From Eledone cirrhosa (lineage: Eukaryota), in NCBI GenBank assembly GCA_964016885.1, contig OZ024746.1, positions 55,056,001-55,120,000 on the forward strand: 64,000 bases of DNA, read 5' to 3'. Made by a program: the position numbers and the translations under genes. The notes below the pieces were generated by a model that saw nothing but the letters and a program-made list of their open reading frames with translations, did no database searches and was not told the DNA's origin. This document shows, in pieces, positions 30,085-42,821 of the stretch. Numbering within the stretch: position 1 is the first letter of the stretch; every line of letters starts with the position of its first letter.

Positions 30085-30202
30085 ATTTCTTCTTCTTCTT
30101 CTTCTTCGTCACTATTTCTTCTTCTTCTTCTTCTTCTTCTTCTTCTTCTTCTTCTTCTTCTTCTTCTTCTTCTTCTTCTTCTTCTTCTTCACACAAATCG
30201 CT

Positions 30203-30242
<40 letters not shown>

Positions 30243-30245
30243 TCA
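30085..30245. repeat. (CTT)n and (CT)n microsatellites
   Basis: Direct reading. Confidence 0.95.
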
Positions 30246-31093
30246 ACTCTACCTCTTGTACCACAGTGATAATCATGATGACGACATTCTTGATTATAAT
30301 TATTAGTAGTAGTAGTAGTCGTAGTGGTAGTATCACCATCATTATTACTACTACTACTACTACTATTATTATAAAAAATTATATATACAATAAAATTGAC
30401 ACGAATAATAATTATTATGTTAATATTAGTAATACATAACATCAACAACAACCACAAAACAAGAACAACAACTAAGAGAAGAATAACACCAGCAGTAACT
30501 GCAATAATAAGGAACGGGGAAAGTATTTGGAAGAAAAAAAAGCATTCTCTAGTGAGCGGAATGCTTATCTTCGAGTGATTGCATTGGGGAACCGAGATAA
30601 TGCTTCCATGACGGATGATGTTTGCCATGATTATAATGGTAATGATGATCAAGATCATCATCATCATGATAGTGATGATGTTGGTGATGCTGGCGTCAGA
30701 ATGCACAGCCAATGATAGTTAGCAAAGCCGTCTTACGTCACGGCGAATTTCCGGTTCAACGACGAAACGTGTGCTCAAGTGAGGTTGAAGAGTCTGCCTG
30801 GATGACGCAGCACTCATCAAGAACTTCCGGTTTAACCAAGCGTAATAACTGCTCGCTGCTGATGGGCCTATGGCTGTTGCTGGTGTTGGTGCTGGTAGCA
30901 ATAGTAGTAGTAGTAGTAGTAGTACTAGAAGAGAAAAAATAGAAGAGAACTGGCACAACCCCATATATATATACTCACATATACATATATATATATATAT
31001 GCATATATACATACATATATACATACATATATATTTATATATATATATATATATATACATATATACATACATATATATATATATATATACATA

Positions 31094-31146
<53 letters not shown>

Positions 31147-31147
31147 G

Positions 31148-31574
31148 CAAAAAGTTCTATTTAAAATTGTTGAGATACAACAAGTAAATACTTTTATAGC
31201 TGATATAAAGCACTCGAGAAGTATTTGGAGTAGATATACGATGTTAATAAATGGAAACTAAATTTATAAAACCATATTTATTTCATTATACATATTTCAG
31301 GTATACCAAATCTCCGTCTTTTTTCTTTTTTTCCGTCTTTTTCTGATTGTCCTTAACACTAAGACTTATTAAAATAATATAAACAATTCACTATCCAGAT
31401 GGCTTCCAAAAATAATAGTTGCATTTTAAAAGGGTACGTCAAAGCTTATTTGTAAAACTGTTATATATTGTATTTTGTCTGATGACGGCATACCATAATT
31501 TAATTTGGTATCCCTGAAATATGTATAATTAAATAAATATGGTTTTATAAATTTAGTTTCCATTTATTAATATC

Positions 31575-31578
<4 letters not shown>
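31148..31578. mobile_element. Mini fold-back PLE-end insertion, family H3 (tail left, hammerhead right)
   Basis: 31235-31310 is the inverse of 31503-31578; tail 31148-31234. Homologous to 57711-58471 and 42598-42654. Confidence 0.8.
31471..31535 (+). ncRNA. Type I hammerhead motif (family H3)
   Basis: TATTTTGT CTGATGA CGGCATACCA..TGGTATCCCT GAAA TATGTA TA ATTAAATA. Confidence 0.65.
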
Positions 31579-31649
<71 letters not shown>

Positions 31650-31663
31650 TACATATATACATA

Positions 31664-31732
<69 letters not shown>

Positions 31733-31887
31733 GAATAAGCGAGTATCGGAAAATCAGCTCACGAATTTAGGATAAACAAAATCCGACATGAGTGGCAGAG
31801 GGCTCAATAATTCAGATAAATCAGAGCTATAACTATCGTTAAGATACCAACACACAAAGATTATGCCTATATATATATATATATATA

Positions 31888-31984
31888 TGATGTTCCCAAA
31901 ATGAATACACACTTTGATTATCTGTACAGGCACTATTTGATAGGATGGTGTTGAAGTGTATATACATTTTTTGGGAGACACCTT
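31888..31984. mobile_element. ~95-bp Tc1/mariner-type MITE, copy 3
   Basis: TCCCAAAATG.ATACACACTT ... AAGTGTATATACATTTTTTGGGAGACACC inverted ends, TA flanks. Confidence 0.7.
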
Positions 31985-32068
31985 ATATATATATACATAT
32001 ATATATATATATACATACGCACACATATAAATATACATACACAATCACACATATATATATATATACAT

Positions 32069-32118
<50 letters not shown>

Positions 32119-32148
32119 GTACACACACACACATATATATATATACAT

Positions 32149-32201
<53 letters not shown>

Positions 32202-32204
<3 letters not shown>

Positions 32205-32294
32205 GGTGTCCCAAAACTATATACACACTTTGATAACCTGTACAGGCAATATTTGAGAGGATGCTGGTGAAATGTATATACATTTGTTGGGACG

Positions 32295-32298
<4 letters not shown>
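32202..32298. mobile_element. ~95-bp Tc1/mariner-type MITE, copy 4
   Basis: CATGGTGTCCCAAAA ... TTGTTGGGACGCCCT; colinear with copies 1-3. Confidence 0.72.
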
Positions 32299-32372
<74 letters not shown>

Positions 32373-32596
32373 ACAAACAAAGCAAGATAGATTTTAAAAA
32401 AAAGTATTAGTAGGAACAGTAGTTGTAGTAGTATTAGTAGTGGTAACATTATTAGTAGTAGGAATAACAGTAGTAGTTGTAGAAGTATTCGTTGGTGTAT
32501 AGTGTTGTTCAATGTTGTACATAGAATATAGAACAGCTAGTGAAACGTCTTATGTTTGATACTAATGACATCTTACACTAATCCGTAGGTCGATTT

Positions 32597-32910
32597 ATTT
32601 TCTTCTTTTTCTTTTTCTCCTTCTTCGTTTTCTTCTTCGTTTTCTTATTCTTCGTTTTCTTCTCATTCTTCGTTTTCTTCTTCTTCTCTTTCTTCTTCTT
32701 CTTCTTCTCTTTCTTCTTCTTCTTCTTCTTCTTCTTCTTCTTCTTCTTCTTCTTCTTCTTCTTCTTTTTCTTCTTTTCCTCCTCCTTTTTCTTCTTCTTT
32801 TCCTTCTTCTTCTTCTTCTTCTTCTTCTTCTTCTTCTTCTTCTTCTTCTTCTTCTTCTTCTTCTTCTTCTTTTTCTTATTTTTGTTATTCTTCCACTTCT
32901 TCTCCTCCTC
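32597..32910. repeat. (CTT)n polypyrimidine tract
   Basis: Direct reading; source of the poly-K ORF. Confidence 0.95.
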
Positions 32911-33339
32911 CTTAAACATCGTCATATTTTCCTTCTTTTTCAGTTTTTCTCCTCCTCCTCCTCCTCCTCCTGCTTGTCTTAATCATCAACTGCTCCTTCT
33001 TCTTTATAAACCCGCCGCCATATTACTCCATACATTTCCATGTCAAATATGTTATGTTTAGATAAAACGAATGTCTATATTTGTGCTTCATTTTCTTCTC
33101 TCTAATGAAATGTAACGTTTGCTTCTTCCCGTAGAGAGGCTTTAATGCGATAACGATACAGCTATTTTTCGTTTGTTGATTGGTAATGATTCTGTTTGTA
33201 CTTTCCTACTTTTTTCTTAGATTAAGATTAATAGAATTACATATAATACAATGTATTACCGTAAAATGTAATGTAAATATATAATTTAATACAACAATTA
33301 TACAACATTATATAATACATATTACAATGTATATGGTAT

Positions 33340-33532
33340 ATAATATTTAATTGTTTCTACTTTTGGCACAAGGCAAGAAATTATCCAGTGTATTACTGGT
33401 ACTTTATGTTATCGACCCCGTAAGTATGGAAGGCAAAGTTAAACTTGGCGGGATTAGAACTCAGACCAGAAACGGCCGTAACTCTTTGCTGCAAAGGTCC
33501 GAGGCTCTACCGATGCTGCCAATCCACCGCCC
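33340..33532 (-). mobile_element. tRNA-derived SINE with Nin-like core (octopus OR/OK-type)
   Basis: Reverse complement has GGCAGCATCGGTAGAG (A-box-like), CTGAGTTCTAATCCC (B-box-like) and GGGGTCGATAACATAAAGTACCAG. Confidence 0.75.
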
Positions 33533-33575
33533 TGTTATATAATATATAATACAATGTATCATATATTATGTAAAT

Positions 33576-33733
33576 GTGGTTGGTGTTAGGAAGGGCATCC
33601 AACCGTAGAAAACCTGCCAGAAAAATCCTATACGAGAGAGACTCGATCACCCGACCAATCTTGCATCAAGTGGGACAATTCCCGTCTAACCCATGCTAGC
33701 GTGGAAGATAAACGTTAAACGATGATGATGGTG
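33576..33733 (+). mobile_element. SINE 3' part with RTE-type end and (GAT)n tail
   Basis: GGTGTTAGGAAGGGCATCCAACCGTAGAAAA ... CCCATGCTAGCGTGGAA..CGTTAAACGATGATGATG. Confidence 0.6.
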
Positions 33734-34029
33734 ATATGATATGATATATGATATAACATTTATGTTGAACTTCACTAGGTTACAACGATTAATGTTCCAG
33801 TGGTTTGAGCAACGGAACAGAATAGACGTGAAAAATACTGTGTACTGTCAGTATAATTCTCATAAAGATTCGGCGTTGCTCGTCTTGTGAGAAAAGGCTG
33901 GAAACTTTTGAAAAGCATGTAGTATAAGTCATATTTTCCAGTTGAGTGAAATTGAGGAATATAAAATGATGTGTTCAGATTAAGGACGAACATGACTCCG
34001 GGAATCACTCGTACGAACCACAATACCTA

Positions 34030-34413
34030 ACGCAGCATTTTGGCAGTATCGGTAGAGGGTCGGACACCATGCTTTAACACATAGAGTTACGGCCCTTGCC
34101 ATTCTGAGTTCAAATGCCGCCTAGGTGAATTAGCCTTTCATCCTCACGGGGTCGATAGAATAAAGTACCAGTAATGTACTGGATTATTGCTGGCGTGTGC
34201 TAAAAGTAGAAACAATTATTATGCGTATATACGGGCGAGGTAGTCGCAGTATCGGTAGAGGGTCAGACGCCATGCTTTCCAGTATAGAGTTACATCCCTT
34301 TACGGTCTGAGTTCAAATTCCACCGAGGTTAACATACTGGGTCGATAAAATATAGTACCAATAATGCACTGGTGTGATTGCTGGCCTTGTGCCAAACGTG
34401 GAAACAATTATTA
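34030..34413 (+). mobile_element. Two tandem tRNA-derived Nin-core SINEs (34030-34221, 34232-34413)
   Basis: Each has GCAGTATCGGTAGAGGGTC, CTGAGTTCAAAT, GGGTCGATA.AATA.AGTACCA and a GAAACAATTATTAT end. Confidence 0.8.
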
Positions 34414-34676
34414 TACGTATATACAAACACAGGCACGTATATAAACATAAAGATTCCGTAAATATGAACCGTCAACACTCATTTGGGGAAGACCGGCATC
34501 GACCCATGCATATCAGGGTCCCCTCTCTGGGCCAGGGATATTTTCAAAGGATAAGGCAAAGACGAATCCAACTTAGCAGCAGCAATGTTGTAACTCACTT
34601 GTGTAACTGGCTTATCTGCAACAACTTGAAATAAAGCACCAGCAATGCACTGGATCGATTTAATCGACTCCCCCAG

Positions 34677-34728
<52 letters not shown>

Positions 34729-35045
34729 ATACAATAACAGAGAAAGCTTTAAGCAATACTGCGACCGACTTCCGTCTCACTCAACAAACATTAGGATATA
34801 CCTTAGTATAATCCAAATTTTACGTTTGGGGTGCTAACTATACGTATTTTGTGGATAGCCAGTTGTATTATTTTATATTAGACATAATTAAATACATCCC
34901 TCTTTCCAAACGATCGTTTCATTATAAGTTTTCTACAAGTTGGGAAAATAATATCCACGTTATGTAGAAGCCTAAATATAATCCATAGGAATATATGCAG
35001 GTGGGCACTTATATATCATCAGTGTATATATATATATATATATAT

Positions 35046-35388
35046 GTAGGAGGTGAGTAATATTGTAGAACAATAAAACTATGCATGTATCAGTTAAGTA
35101 GCACTCAACAGTTGGTAAAACTGGAGTATATATAAAGAAGAAAAAATTAAAAGATGGTTAAAAAAGTTCCATATACTTTATTATGCGCATTTCAAAAACA
35201 ACATCATCCTAGGACAAACATTGTGTTCTCATCAGATAAAATAAGGTAACATGATATGAGGCCTCATATCATGTTACCTTATGTTATCTGATGAGAACAT
35301 AATTTTTGTCCTAGGATGATGTTGTTTTTGAAATGCGCATAATAAAATATATGCAACTTTTTTAACCATCTTTTAATTTTTTCTTCTT

Positions 35389-35396
<8 letters not shown>
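35046..35396. mobile_element. Mini fold-back PLE-end insertion, family H4 (zero-spacer 270-bp palindrome plus left tail)
   Basis: Palindrome 35127-35396 centred on GAGG|CCTC (35261/35262); tail 35046-35126; embedded in (TA)n. Confidence 0.88.
35280..35349 (+). ncRNA. Type I hammerhead ribozyme (family H4; inverse copy ~35174-35243)
   Basis: TATGTTAT CTGATGA GAACA...TGTTTTT GAAA TGCGCA TA ATAAAATA. ATGCGCAT palindromic stem III, AUA site. Confidence 0.75.
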
Positions 35397-35429
<33 letters not shown>

Positions 35430-37760
35430 TAGACTTAGTTTATTTAATCAACCAAATCAAATTCCGTAAGTAGTCTAACCCTTTTCAATTTAAAATATCT
35501 AACGATATTTCAATATTCAAATCTTCTAAAAATAAGTTCATTTTCTCTGACAAAACTAAAAACTTATACGAAGTTAATAATAACTTATATGACCAACTCT
35601 TAACATATAACATCACCTCTAAATACCAAATAGCTAATATAAACACCTATAATACTATAAATAAAGAAGTTAAAAAATTAGCTATTTTTTTAAAAATAGA
35701 CAATAGAACAGAAAAACTTGCTAAACGTAATGCCTATATCACCCTCAAAGATCCCAAACCTGATTTTATTAATCGTCCTAGTTGTAGATTAATCAACCCT
35801 GGTAAGACTGAAATCGGTCTTGATAGCAAAAAATATTAAATAATATAAACAAACATATTAGAAGTAAGTCTGAATTACTCCAATCGATAAATAGCTCTTC
35901 CGTTGTACATTGGTTTAATAATATTAAAGATAAAAATAGTTCTAGATTCACCCAATTTGACAATGTAGACACCTACCCGTCTATTACTCACCCTCTTTTA
36001 ACGAAAGCCTTAAATTTCGCTAGAAAGTTTATCAATATTTCTGATATTGAAGAGAATGTCATTTTGCATGCTAGAAACACTTTACTATTTACTAATAATG
36101 ACACATGGGTAAACAAATCTAACCCAGAGAACCCATTCGATGTCTCAATGGGTTCTTTTACAGTGCTGACGTGTGTGATTTAGTCGGCCTATTCCTCCTA
36201 CACAGACTTAAAGAAAAATTCCCTAGCTCTACCTTTGGGCTTTATCGCGACGATGGTCTAATACTTTCCCATACCACTATAGCCCATAACTTAGATAGAT
36301 TAAGGAAAGACTTAATAAAAACCTTCGCTAGTTTTAATCTTAAAATTACCATTGACACTAACATTTCTAATGTTAATTTTCTAGATATACACCTAGATAT
36401 GCCTACTGCTTATTATAAACCGTACCATAAACCTAATGAAAAATTAAAATATATAAATAAAGGCTCTTGCCATCTTCCTATAGTTTTTAAAAATCTTATC
36501 CCTAATATTAGCCGTAGGATCTCCACCCTCTCTTCCTCAGAAGCTACTTTCAATAAGGCATCCCCCTACTATAATAAAGCCTTTCAAAATAGCAGATTTA
36601 GCCGACCGATTAAGTACATACCCAACAATACTAACTCCTTTAAACATAATAATAGGAAAAGAAAAATAATCTGGTTCACAGTTAAAACTAATGTAGGCAA
36701 ACAATTCCTAGAGCTCTTAGATAAACATTTCCCTAGAACACATAGTTTCTATTGAAGATCTTATAGTATCTATGTCAAAATGAGCTACTCCTTCGATAAT
36801 AGGGATTACATCTTATATCCTCAATACGAAAATACCCAGAGAACATCAAAATTGCTCCTATAGAGTCAAAAGTGAATGCCCATTACAAGGTAAATGCAAC
36901 ACCAAAGCCTTTGTATATGCGGCTAAAGTGATAACCACCAGCAACAACCTACCAGCCACCAGCGAACGATATGTGGGTATGACACAAGACAAATTCAAAA
37001 TGCGTTATTACTCACATGTCGCAAATTTCTGACATCCTGAAAAAAGATTTACAACAGCTCTGGCTAGCAGAATATGGGATTTGAAAGACCAAGGTATCCA
37101 ATATAAATTAGATTGGTCAATTTCGAACCAATCTAAAGAATATGCAAGAGGAACAGAAGATGCGCACTCTGAATAAGTGAAATATATTGGATTTTACAGA
37201 GCCTTAAATCACCAAAAACCTGCCTAAATGCAAAAACAGAAATGTTCACGAGTTGCCCACACATGAAATCACACTTGCTTTTTAGCTCATGTAAACTTAA
37301 CTCACTTTCAGATACTTATCCTCCATAGACTGTTGTTCTTCACTTTATTTAAATTACCCTCTTTACAGACTTCTCTTTCTGATTTACTTTTATTTTTATT
37401 TTTAACTTTATTTTTACTTCACATCCACCAGTGACCCCCCCCCCTGCTTTTTGATTCACTTCCTTTATATCTTCACAATTTTACATATTTTACTTCCCCA
37501 TTTTCTGTCACCTCTTGTCACTTACGTGTTCAATTCCAGATATATCCTGTTGTCTCTCAACCGCTTTTATGTATGTTTAGTTGCGTCTAATTTGTACCCA
37601 TTTCTTCATACGGCTGGTTTTTATATTGTATTTATGCGTGTGAGCGTGCATGTGTGTGTATGCGTATACGAATGCATTCGGATGTACGCGTGTGTGTGTA
37701 TGTGTGTTTTTAATCTATGTTTTTTACATACTTATATATATGTGTGTGTGTAAGTATGTA
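35430..37760 (+). mobile_element. Hydra-clade-like PLE, near-complete decayed ORF plus 3' UTR
   Basis: FSDKTKNLY (DKT motif), [89 protein letters not shown]. Frameshifted. Confidence 0.88.
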
Positions 37761-37782
37761 TATATATATATATATATATATA

Positions 37783-38392
37783 TTGGTAAACGGGATAGAA
37801 AATGCTGACAAATTGTTCACAGTTGAAAAATGGTTTAATTAGGAATAAAAGAGTATTAGTAATTGTATGGGTTAGTATTCAGTTGTGGTTTTAAGTTTTT
37901 AAGTTTTTACCGGTTGCGCATTTCTAAATGCTTTTCAAAAATATTTTGAGATAGAGTGACCGTGTTGTTTGCTCTGATCTGATTAGTTTTGGGAATTCTA
38001 CCTGTTTTTATGTTAACAAAGTGGCTCCAGCGCTACTTTGGTGTTGCAAAAGTTCTTGTGGTCAAAACAATTTTGATTGGTCGGTAGAGGTCATGTAAAT
38101 GTAAAAAACTGATTTTGCGCCAAGACTGTTTTTATGTTAAAAAAGTGGCTCCAGCGCTACTTGGTGTTTGCAAAAATTATTGTGGTCAAAACAATTTTGA
38201 TTGGTCGGTAGAGGTCATGTGAATAAAAAATTGATTTTGCGCCAAGACTGAGAAATGACTCTTTCACAACAAATATGTGTGTGTGTGTGTGTGTAGTAGT
38301 AGTAAGGTGTTCGATGTTGTGATAATGGTTAGCAGGGATGTGTGTCAAATGGTTATTAAGATAAGTGTGTGTGTGTGTGTGTGTGTGTGCGT

Positions 38393-38465
<73 letters not shown>

Positions 38466-41400
38466 GCAGAGAAATTCGTGGTAGCAGGGATGGTCAGTAG
38501 AAATGTGTCTGTAAGCAGTGGGGGGTATTTTAGCATGTCAAAAGATATTTTTCAGCTTTTGTCTTATACGGAGAAGTGTGTGTGTGTGTGTGTGTATAAG
38601 TCTCTTTGTATGTTAATGTACGCGTGTGTATGTGTGTGAGTGTGTGTATATATATGTGTGTGTGTGTGTGTGTGAGAATGTGTGTGTGTGTGTGGGGGTG
38701 AACCAGTATTTTTTCCCCCTGGTAACATGGTGTACATTATTCGATTTTTTCAGTAAAATCGGTTCTTTTAATAGAACATCAACAATCTTAACAATAAAAG
38801 GTGTGAAATGATATTCACTATATATATATATATACATATATTCACTACATATATATACATACATATACATACATATATATACACATATATTTTTTTGCGT
38901 TGCACCATAGAGCATGTGTGTTTACGTATGTCATTGTGTTTATATGTGGCTAGAGATGTGTGCTGATGTAGGTATGTATGTTGACGTGTGTATGTTGTGG
39001 GTTCGTCTTAGGGAGAAGTGTTTAGATGGGGTCCGTGTTTGTTAATGAAGTAAGATTCCTTGCTGATGCGCTGGGTGTGGGTGGCATTATCTTTAAATTT
39101 GTAGAGGGGAAAGATTCTGAAGTTGGGATGATTTTGGGCGGCACAGGTATCAATGTGTTCACTCAGTGGTATTTTCCTGTATTCCCGTATTTTAATTTGG
39201 GATCTATGGACAGTCATGCGTTGGCGGAGGCTGTTTTTGGTCTGGCCTATGTATTGTTCTCGACAACCTGAGCAAGTTAATACATATGTTAGATTTTCCG
39301 ATGCACATGTGAAATTGTGTATAAAACGTTGTCCATCTTTGAAATAGAATTCCGAACCCTCTATTAGGTTGATGCAAATGCCACAGTTGGGTCTATCGCA
39401 TTTTTTTACTGTGGGTTTCGTTGTTGTGGTTGGCAGTACTTTGGCATGTGTTAAGATGTTTTTCATTGACTTGGATTGTCTTTTCCTCTTTATGGTATCA
39501 TGTGTTCGTAGAATTTGGTTCATTCTATGGTCCTTTTTCAACACAGGGATGTTCTGGAGGATGGTGTCAAAGGCCTCATTGTTGAGGGGGTTGTGTGTGG
39601 AGATGTATGGAAGAGCTTTTAGTTTCGGTTAACTTACTTTAGGGTGTCTAAGGTCCTGGGTACTGAGTTTTAGGGCACGTTGGATTCCATTGTCAATTAG
39701 TGATGCAGGGTAGTCCCTGCCTATGATTGTGTCCTTTAGTTCTTGTAGCCGTAAGTAGCAGATGTTTTTCTTGGAGACTATAGTACATATTCTCCTGGCT
39801 AAGTTGTAGGGAATATTAATTTTAACGTGTCTAGATATGCTCAATCACCTCCCTAATATGCCACTTTCTGAACAAACCCTACTAGTGACGTTCGATGTAG
39901 TCAACCTATACTCCAACATCCCCCACGACCTAGGAATAGAAGCTACCTAATTCTGGCTGGATAATTTCTACAATGAACTCCCACAACGCATCAAAAAAGA
40001 ATTCGTGATAGGGGGACTCAAATTTATCTTGGAGAACAATTACTTCGTTTTCAATAACAAACCCTACAGGCAGAAATCTGGGACCGCTATGGGAACGAAA
40101 AAGCCCCCACTTATGCCAACCTAGTCATGGGATACCTGGAAATCACCCACTACACTAAAGTCCTAAACAAATTTGGAAACACCCTCCACTTACACATTGA
40201 CAGGAACTGGAAGCGATATCTAGATGACTGCTTCATCCTTTGGCACGAAAACATCGAAACAATTAAAGAATTTCACACCCTTATAAATGGGCTCAACACG
40301 AATATTAACTTCACGATAGAATACAACTATCAACAACTCCCCTTCCTCGACATCCTCATTAAGATCCATAACAAAAAAATAGAAACAGACATATACTACG
40401 AGCCCACATACTCCCTCCAAGCAATATCTCCCCTTCAACTCTTGCCACCCTAGACACGTTAAAATTAATATTCCCTACAACTTAGCGAAGAGAATCTGTA
40501 CTATAGTCTCCAATAAAAACATCTGCTACTTACGGCTACAAGAACTAAAGGACACACTCATAGGCAGGGACTACCCGGCATCACTAATTGACAATGGAAT
40601 CCAACGTGCCCTAAAACTCAGTACCCAGGACCTTAGACCCCCTAAAGTAAATCAACCGAAACTAAAAGCTCTTCCATACATCGCCACAAACAACCCCCTC
40701 AACAATGAGGCCTTTGACACCATCCTCCAGAACATCCCTGTGTTGAAAAAGGACCATAGAATGAACCAAATCCTACGAACACACGATATCATGAAGAGCA
40801 AAAGACAATCCAAGTCAATGAAAAACATCCTAACACATGCCAAAGTCCTGCCAACCACAACAACGAAACCCACAGTAAAAAAATGCGATAGACCCAACTG
40901 TGGCATTTGCATCAACCTAATAGAGGGTTCAGAATTATATTTCAAAGAAGGACAACGTTTTATAATAAAACACAATTTCACATGTGCATCGGAAAATCTA
41001 ATATATGTATTAACTTGCTCAGGTTGTCGAGAACAATACATAGGCCAGACCAAAAACAGCCTGCGCTAACGCATGACTGTCCATAGATCCCAAATTAAAA
41101 TACGGGAATACAGGAACATACCACTGAGTAAACACATTGATACCTGTGCCGCCCAAAATCATCCCAACTTCAGAATCTTTCCCCTCTACAAATTTAAAGA
41201 TAATGCCACCCACACCCAGCGCATCAGCAAGGAATCTTACTTCATTAACAAATACGGACCCCGTCTAAACACTTCTCCCTAAGACGAACCCACAACATAC
41301 ACACGTCAACATACATACCTACATCAGCACACATCTCTACCCACATATAAACACAATGACATACGTAAACACACATGCTCTATGGTGCAACACAAAAAAA

Positions 41401-42572
41401 TATATGTGTATATATATATATATGTATGTATATGTATGTATATATATGTAGTGAATATATGTATATATATATATATATATATAGTGAATATCATTTCACA
41501 CCTTTTATTGTTAAGATTTTTGATGTTCTATTAAGAGAACCGATTTTACTGAAAAATCGAATAATGTACACCATTTTACCAGGGGGAAAAAATAATGGTC
41601 CACCCACACACACACACACACATTCTCACACACACACACAAACACATATATACACAGACACACACACATACACACGCGTACATACACACACATTCTCACA
41701 CACACACACACATTCTCACACCCACACACACACATTCTCACACACACACACAAACACACACACACACACACACGCACACACACTTCTCCGTATAAGACAA
41801 AAGCTGAAAAATATCTTTTGACATGCTAAAATACCCCCCACTGCTTACAGACACATTTCTACTGACCATCCCTGCTACCACGAATTACTCTGCTATATAT
41901 ATACACACACACACACAGAGACACACACACACACACACACACACACACTTATTTAATAACCATTTGACACACATCCCTGCTAACCAGTATCACAACATCA
42001 AACACCTCACTACTACTACTAAACACACACACACACACACATATTTGTTGTGAAAGAATCATTTCTCAGTCTTGGCGCAAAATCAATTTTTTATTCACAT
42101 GACCTCTACCGACCAATCAAAATTGTTTTGGCTACAAGAATTTTTGCAAACACCAAGTAGCGCTGGAGCCACTTTTTTAACATAAAAACAGTCTTGGCGC
42201 AAAATCAGTTTTTTACATTCACATGACCTCTACCGACCAATCAAAATTGTTTTGACCACAAGAACTTTTGCAACACCAAAGTAGCGCTGGAGCCACTTTG
42301 TTAACATAAAAACAGGTAGAATTCCCAAAACTAATCAGATCAGAGCAAACAACACGGACACTCTGTCTCAAAATTATTTTTGAAAAGCATTTAGAAATGC
42401 GCAACCGGTAAAACTTAAAAACTTAAAACCACAACTGAATACTAACCCATACAATTACTAATACTCTTTTATTCCTAATTAAACCATTTTTCAACTGTGA
42501 ACAATTTGTCAGCATTTTCTATTCCGTTTACCTATATATAATAACTTGTGTGTTACACCTCTATTCTTTTAA
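37783..42572 (+). mobile_element. Naiad/Neptune-type PLE with ~2-kb inverted duplication (minus arm 37783-39835, plus copy 39840-42572)
   Basis: LVTFDVVNLYSNIPH, QKSGTAMGT..PTYANLVMG, WKRYLDDCF, NIPYNLARRICTIVS, CDRPNCGIC, NLIYVLTCSGCREQYIGQT. The left arm is the inverse of 40450-42531; a ~40-bp tail 42533-42572 is on the right only. Confidence 0.92.
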
Positions 42573-42597
42573 CTATATATATATATATATATATACG

Positions 42598-42652
42598 ATA
42601 TATCAGTTATAAATATTTACTCGTTGTTAACCCAACAATTTAAATAAAACTT

Positions 42653-42654
<2 letters not shown>
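42598..42654 (+). mobile_element. Isolated tail of family H3
   Basis: ATATCAGTTATAAATATTTACTCGTTGTTAACCCAACAATTTAAATAAAACTTT is the inverse of 57713-57768. Confidence 0.7.
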
Positions 42655-42709
<55 letters not shown>

Positions 42710-42716
42710 ATGTGTA

Positions 42717-42821
<105 letters not shown>

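Noticed and set aside
30756-30956. ORF with VLDECC resembling an insulin A chain
   Set aside because: Lacks the remaining cysteines, B chain and signal peptide; its N-terminus is microsatellite.
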